The notes under the pieces are model-generated. The model was not told where the DNA came from and ran no database searches. It worked only from the letters and a program-made list of their open reading frames with translations. 64,000 bases of DNA from Glycera tridactyla (Eukaryota): assembly GCA_965644265.1 (NCBI GenBank), contig OZ286459.1:74400001-74464000 (forward strand). Direction: 5' to 3'. Below are positions 58,328 to 64,000 of this stretch, piece by piece. The first letter of the stretch is position 1. Each line of letters starts with the position of its first letter. Position numbers and translations under genes: made by a program.

Positions 58328-61300
58328 TAGTGTGTAGCAAGGCTTTCTTGTAGCTTCCAGTGCACAAAGAAACCAGCAATAGCAATCAGCTGACTGTGCC
58401 AACTGAGACCTGCTGAGCTATTATGAACATCTTAATTTCATACATTTTTGATAGCTGTAATCAATGATTGGTTGTTGGTCTCCTCCAACTAATCATCAAC
58501 TACAATCAACGGTTGGCTCAATAATAATGTATAATTGTGAGAACTAGAGATGGGAGTGAGAGAGTGGGCCACATCCATCTGAATGCAGCAGGTGAAATTG
58601 CCTGGCATGAAACCCCCGGCCAAGTCTGTGCCTTGTTATGATACACAGCATTCTTTGTGTGTATCCAGAAAATACAACTGGCATGAGAGCTCTATTTAAA
58701 TGCTAGATGATGCCCAACAATTGGCTAAAAATATTTGACATTTCATAAAAATATAAGATGCTCAGCAAGAATGAACAAACAGCCCACCAGGGGGTGGTGT
58801 CTGATTTCTTTGCTCCCGATGCCATGTGATGTACCACACACCTTCACTTCTATGACTAACCCCATCATGATTCAGCATGCTTTCCTCGCAATTCTGACCT
58901 CAAATATAGCACAAACAAGTTGCAGAATCACACATGGCAAGCATGGGGGGGGGGGGGGGAGGGCAGTGATGCAAGCATGTTTTTCTGCAAAAGAATACTC
59001 TTCTTAAACCTTCTAACCTGTTTAAAAATATCAATTAAGAAAAATGTCGCCAATACACCCCTTTATCATATTTCTAACCTGTTTGATCACTAGGTCTTCA
59101 TGATCAACACAGGGTTGTGATTTCCACATCGCTAACATCACTCATGTCCACAAAAGACATGAAACACATATTACAACTCATGTCAATGAAACAGAAATAT
59201 CCAGTGATCCAATTAAATTCAGAATTTCCCCTCATGGTCAGGTTAAATTCATCAGTATTGAGGAGAAATCAGTTGCTTTCACAAATAAATACCCAGTGAT
59301 GCAATCAAATTCCTGATTCATTATTTGTTTTGTCATCAATCAATCTATATTTTTCTACATACTAATCAGATTACATATGATACATTTGTGAGAAATGACA
59401 CTTATAACTGACAACTGAGCTGGAAAAGGCCAAACACTGACTGATGGTGAAGTCGGATGGAAAGGGTTAACTTGTCATCTGTGTGAGGTAGGCCCTGCCC
59501 TCGGCTTACTCACCAATCATTGTCATGTAGTCACCACTTGGAAAAATCTAATTGGAAGTTCATTAGCATAGGAAAATGCAGGGCTCTTGAGATCTGACAG
59601 GACCTGCTTAGGAAGGGGTGGACTGTAATACACCAATTAGCATATTGTCTACAAGAAGTGCCTGCTCTGTTCACCTTGTTTGAAGCACTAATTATCTCAT
59701 CAGTTTGGGGCTGATAGTTCTTTATCCATGACAGAATTTAGAATTAAAATAAGGACTCAATAAGGTCCCTTCTTTCTGATACTAGCACCTAAAACCAAAA
59801 GTTATATTTGAAGCACCACATTCCACCAGGTGTGCTGTGATATGATTTCACAAGAGCAGTGATCAAGTGACAGTCATCTACTATCACATCTTAAATGCCC
59901 TTGTCTCAACTTCTTAGCATAATGCATGAGAACAATTCTAACTCATGTTCCCTATTTTCTGAAGTGACACCAGCGACATATTCAAAAACTGCAGAATAAT
60001 ATCTATGTAACACCATTTACATTCTTTATTTACACACCACAGGGGATAAATATGCCATGGACTTGGGGGGGGGGGGGAGAAGGGTGACATCATAAGCTTG
60101 TTCCAATCCCTCAGAATTACTGTCCCAAAAATAAAATTTCTATCTTTTCTGATCCACCTATCCAGACCTCCTTTTGTAACAAATTATCTTCAGCCTCCTA
60201 AATGAGTGTAGTTAAGAAGTTCTATATAGATATGTTCCCAATTCTCTACGGATATGTTCCCAATGAATGTCATATCACTCATCCGCGAGGCGACATTAAA
60301 ATTTGACACATTCATTAAACCTAGCAGTCATCAATCCTCGATATTACAGGAAGAAATGGCAGGTTCGGTAATGCAATTTTCATCAGCTAAGTTTTAATTA
60401 TCATGAGATCATAAGTTGTCTATGAACTGATGGGTGCATAGCCACTGATTTTCAGTCACAGAGGCAGTTATGAATAAACAATCGAGTCTTGTTTGCTGAC
60501 TCACCTGAGTGGAACCCATTTTTGAATGTAATCAATGATAAGTAGCCTACCAGAAATGGCTGAGGTGATGAACCCAACATTCAGGAAGCAATAATGATGT
60601 TACTGTCCACATGGATCCATCCAATGAAAAACACAAAATTGCACGGGAGATATGGTACACCTGTGCTATAGTTCTTATAGATAGATAGAATAAGGATGCA
60701 ATCCCAGGCATTGCTTTTTTCTGTAGATATGTACAAGATAGGCCTGCATCATGCACATGAATAATTTGGGGTGTAAGAATGGTCAAACTCCATGGTCAAA
60801 ACATACCCGACCCAGGGCAGAGACAAATCACAAATATCTACACAAGTCACAGGCAGGTGGCTGTGAAATTTACCTGTACNNNNNNNNNNNNNNNNNNNNN
60901 NNNNNNNNNNNNNNNNNNNNNNNNNNNNNNNNNNNNNNNNNNNNNNNNNNNNNNNNNNNNNNNNNNNNNNNNNNNNNNNNNNNNNNNNNNNNNNNNNNNN
61001 NNNNNNNNNNNNNNNNNNNNNNNNNNNNNNCTTTACCTGTCCCATTTTATATGCTCATGTTCTGTAAATTACTGTGATTTTATAAAATTGCTGAATTGTA
61101 TGTTACTTTTGGGTACATCATATATCGTTGTATGTGCCCTTTTCCAACTTTGTGCCCTTTAGTACAAGGAAGGAATTTGGGATATCCGTGTGCCTTTCTC
61201 TGCCCCCCCCCCCCCACACACACACACCAACAACATAAATAGCAAATATGATAACAACTCAAAGTAGCATGTGTAACAGCAAGTCACCAGTAGGACTGGA

Positions 61301-62487
61301 TTCAAGGTGAAGCAATTTCATTTAATGGATGAGGCAGTTTTACTGCCAGGTCATGAGTGCAGGGAGAGCCAGCAGTTACATTATGTGATACTCTGGAGAC
61401 AAATACACCACAAATGACCCAGCTAACTCCTCAATATAAATGAGATACATGGCAACTGCCTAGATTTATTGAAGTAACCATTTATCCCTCCTGATTAACC
61501 AAACACCAGCACAATATATTCCACAAATAACCCCACACAACCCAAATAATACCCAATAGAGATAAAAATAGAATGACTATGGCCCAGTGTATCTTCCCGT
61601 CCTCCCGTAATGCCAGAAGCCGAACATTAATAAGGTCAGTAGGTCAAGTGGAAACCATAGAGAACATGGCTGATTCTGTGATTATAATCCATAAGTGACA
61701 GTTCTAGACTAGAGTCCTGATAAGTTTGAGTATTTGCATAACTCAAAGACGAGTTATGTTAATTTATGAATCATGCCGACAATGCAAAGCGCTCAAAACT
61801 CGGTGAGCGGAACAGGTTGACAGGCAGTTGTCAGCTGCAGTGCAATCAGGCAAAATCATGCCGTCATGCCAGATAATTAATCAGAGTGCACTGAAATCAA
61901 ACAAGGCTCTAACAATGGCAATTAATTGAGGGATAGTGGTCATTATTTGTGGCATAAAATTACTGTCAGTAAAGCAAGCATGACCACCCAGGTCAATGGA
62001 CCTGAAATAGAATGCTTGATCATTTACATTTTCTATTTATGTACATTGAAGGAGTAAACAATTCCAGGAGATGAACGAGAGACTGGGGCCATGATTTCTC
62101 ATCCGACTTTTGTTGCAGTCAATGAAAGTATGCCCTATCAAACTGTACCTGACAAATTTCTGAACCAAATATTAAAAATAATGCCTGAAATTGATTTTTC
62201 ACACATAATGCACTATTCTGAATGATTTTTGTTGGGAGACACTTCTTTGCAAGGCAGACTCTTCAAAAGTAGGATTCATCTCCTAAATCTTGATACCAAT
62301 GATATGTTGTTACTTTTGGGGCAATGAGATATGAGAAATCAATGGGTTCAACTTGTCTCTTGCCATCAGTAGAACGTCAGATATCCGACTCGAACCTGAC
62401 AATAAACCTGGTGTAGATGGTGATACCCGATATGAAACCAAATGTAATCCAGGGAAAATAAAAAATAACCTGAAATGTGCAACTCAC

Positions 62488-62520
62488 TCAAGTGTGTAAC
62501 ATCTTTACCCATATTCTCAC
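62488..62520 (-). CDS. ROR: Candidate 33-nt Ror micro-exon upstream of the Ig exon (ENMGKDVTHL)
   Basis: Strong acceptor ttttgttcccctctctgttacag|GT and donor TGA|gtgagt; phase 1 to 1; no stop; splices to the Ig exon as ...VTHLSYVQLDL. No homology evidence. Confidence 0.45.
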   Translation of the reverse strand: MRIWVKMLHT

Positions 62521-63039
62521 CTGTAACAGAGAGGGGAACAAAACTCAATATAGGTGGTTGATATGACGAGAAGTTTGACGTTGCTAAGATATCAATATTT
62601 TGCATGTCTTCTCAGCAAAGCATGGCAGTCAGCCTTCAATTTCAGCTGTCATTCGAGCCCCCCCCCCCCCCCCCTTACTGCCCTAACCTCCTCTGACTAG
62701 AACTGTACTGGCCAATACACTGTGAGCAGCTGTACTGACCGATGGCCGAGTGGTAAATGACACCTCATGATATTATTGATAGGCGTCACTGATGTGATTA
62801 TTTATTGACCAGTGAGGTCAGAATGGAGGCATCTCGGGTGATTCTCCTGCCATCCCTGAGCATGATCTATGATCTCATGATGGACAGAAGGCATCATTGT
62901 CTCCAATACAAGACCATATCGCAGTGCACAGCACAAGATGCAAGAGGAACGCCGAGACTGGCGTGTGAGGAGATATCTGAGCAATTATACATTTGTGGTT
63001 GATCATCAATAGTCTGTGATCAGCCATATTGATCCTTAC

Positions 63040-63053
63040 CCCCCTCCCCTTCC

Positions 63054-63084
<31 letters not shown>

Positions 63085-63142
63085 TCTCTCTCGCTCTCTT
63101 TCTGTCTGCCTGCCTGCCTGCCTGCCTCTCTCTCTCTCTCTT
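63040..63142. repeat. (CT)n/(CCTG)n microsatellite
   Basis: Direct inspection. Confidence 0.9.
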
Positions 63143-64000
63143 CAATTACGGAGAGAATGGTCTCCTTTCAGAGGGGTTCTTTCATCAGGGGTCTCATATA
63201 GCATGTTACTCAACACCCGCTTTGAGCCATAATGATGGGTAGCTCAATCATTCAGACCAGAGCTGCTGGACTGTCACTTGAACTGTGTTTCAAGGCAAGA
63301 GGTAGCTTCATTGAAGTCTGCAGTGCTGAAAGCTTTACTGATGGGTGGACCTGAGTCCACATACACCAAGTTGATGCATTTACCTAATTGTGAGGAAATT
63401 CGGTAACACACCACCAATTTGCTGCCGACCTCATCTGAACCTCATTCCAACTTACTAGGTCACAATCTGATCTCTGAAATTGAATACCCGCATCATGCCC
63501 AGACTATTACTGAACCTGTCATAGTAATAAATGTCTGTGGAAATTTCATGGAACAATACCAGTCTTCCCACATAAGTATGTGATACTACAGTAATANNNN
63601 NNNNNNNNNNNNNNNNNNNNNNNNNNNNNNNNNNNNNNNNNNNNNNNNNNNNNNNNNNNNNNNNNNNNNNNNNNNNNNNNNNNNNNNNNNNNNNNNNNNN
63701 NNNNNNNNNNNNNNNNNNNNNNNNNNNNNNTGTGTATATCACCATACATGTTGTGTCTGGCAGTCAGTTGATCACCGCCCAAGAAAAGTTTACTGTATCG
63801 AGGAGCCTAATGGTGAAAAAGAGGGAGCTCGTAATCAATATGAATTCAGCTGTATGAAATTGACACCACACCCCATCCCCCAGTTGTGGAAAATGAAGCA
63901 ATTCTGAGCGCTGTCAAGGAGCTCTCAAGAGATAATAGTTGAGAAGACTATCCACATGGCGGCAATCTGCATAGTAGAGTGGGTAGTTGAGACCAGATTT

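Larger units (their letters stand above)
10745..63730. other. Assembly gaps: 10745-10938, 11840-11986, 38161-38437, 54624-54784, 60880-61030, 63597-63730
   Basis: N runs. ORF-track entries containing X are artefacts of these gaps. Confidence 0.99.

Noticed and set aside
9780-60400. Hammerhead ribozyme cores (CTGATGA...GAAA) at 9856, 28721, 38493/38518 and 56990, and on the minus strand near 17650, 46635, 59250, 59700 and 60380
   Set aside because: None has stem II closing directly between CUGAUGA and GAAA with compatible stems I and III. The 38493 copies are MITE-internal repeats.
1-64000. Prokaryotic-type systems, CRISPR arrays, rRNA or tRNA genes
   Set aside because: The sequence is intron-rich animal DNA; no repeat-spacer array or structural RNA gene was recognised.

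Overview
This is AT-rich, gapped (6 N-runs) animal genomic DNA, probably from an invertebrate; the species cannot be assigned from the sequence. The whole window lies inside one minus-strand gene, a Ror-family receptor tyrosine kinase. I traced seven GT-AG exons by hand (53661 down to 1689, 1050 nt, every junction phase-compatible). They encode an Ig domain, a long acidic linker, a Frizzled-type CRD with 10 Cys and the first half of a kringle. The signal-peptide exon probably lies beyond base 64000, and the rest of the kringle, TM and kinase lie before base 1. A candidate 33-nt micro-exon sits at 62488-62520. The introns hold two divergent CR1/L2-group LINEs with intact APE+RT ORFs, both antisense to Ror and in the same intron. 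They also hold a Penelope-like GIY-YIG relic, about 17 TA-flanked Tc1/mariner-type MITE copies (one nested), a modular compound satellite, minisatellites, microsatellites and many poly-C/G runs. The most unusual structure is the 1.3-kb ORF1-ORF2 spacer of the second LINE. It looks like the 5' end of a separate Pol II transcription unit: an inverted CCAAT pair around an E-box, a CpG-rich leader, a candidate GT-AG intron, and a 75-codon uORF whose stop overlaps the ORF2 start (ATGA). These expression hypotheses are inferences and are untested.
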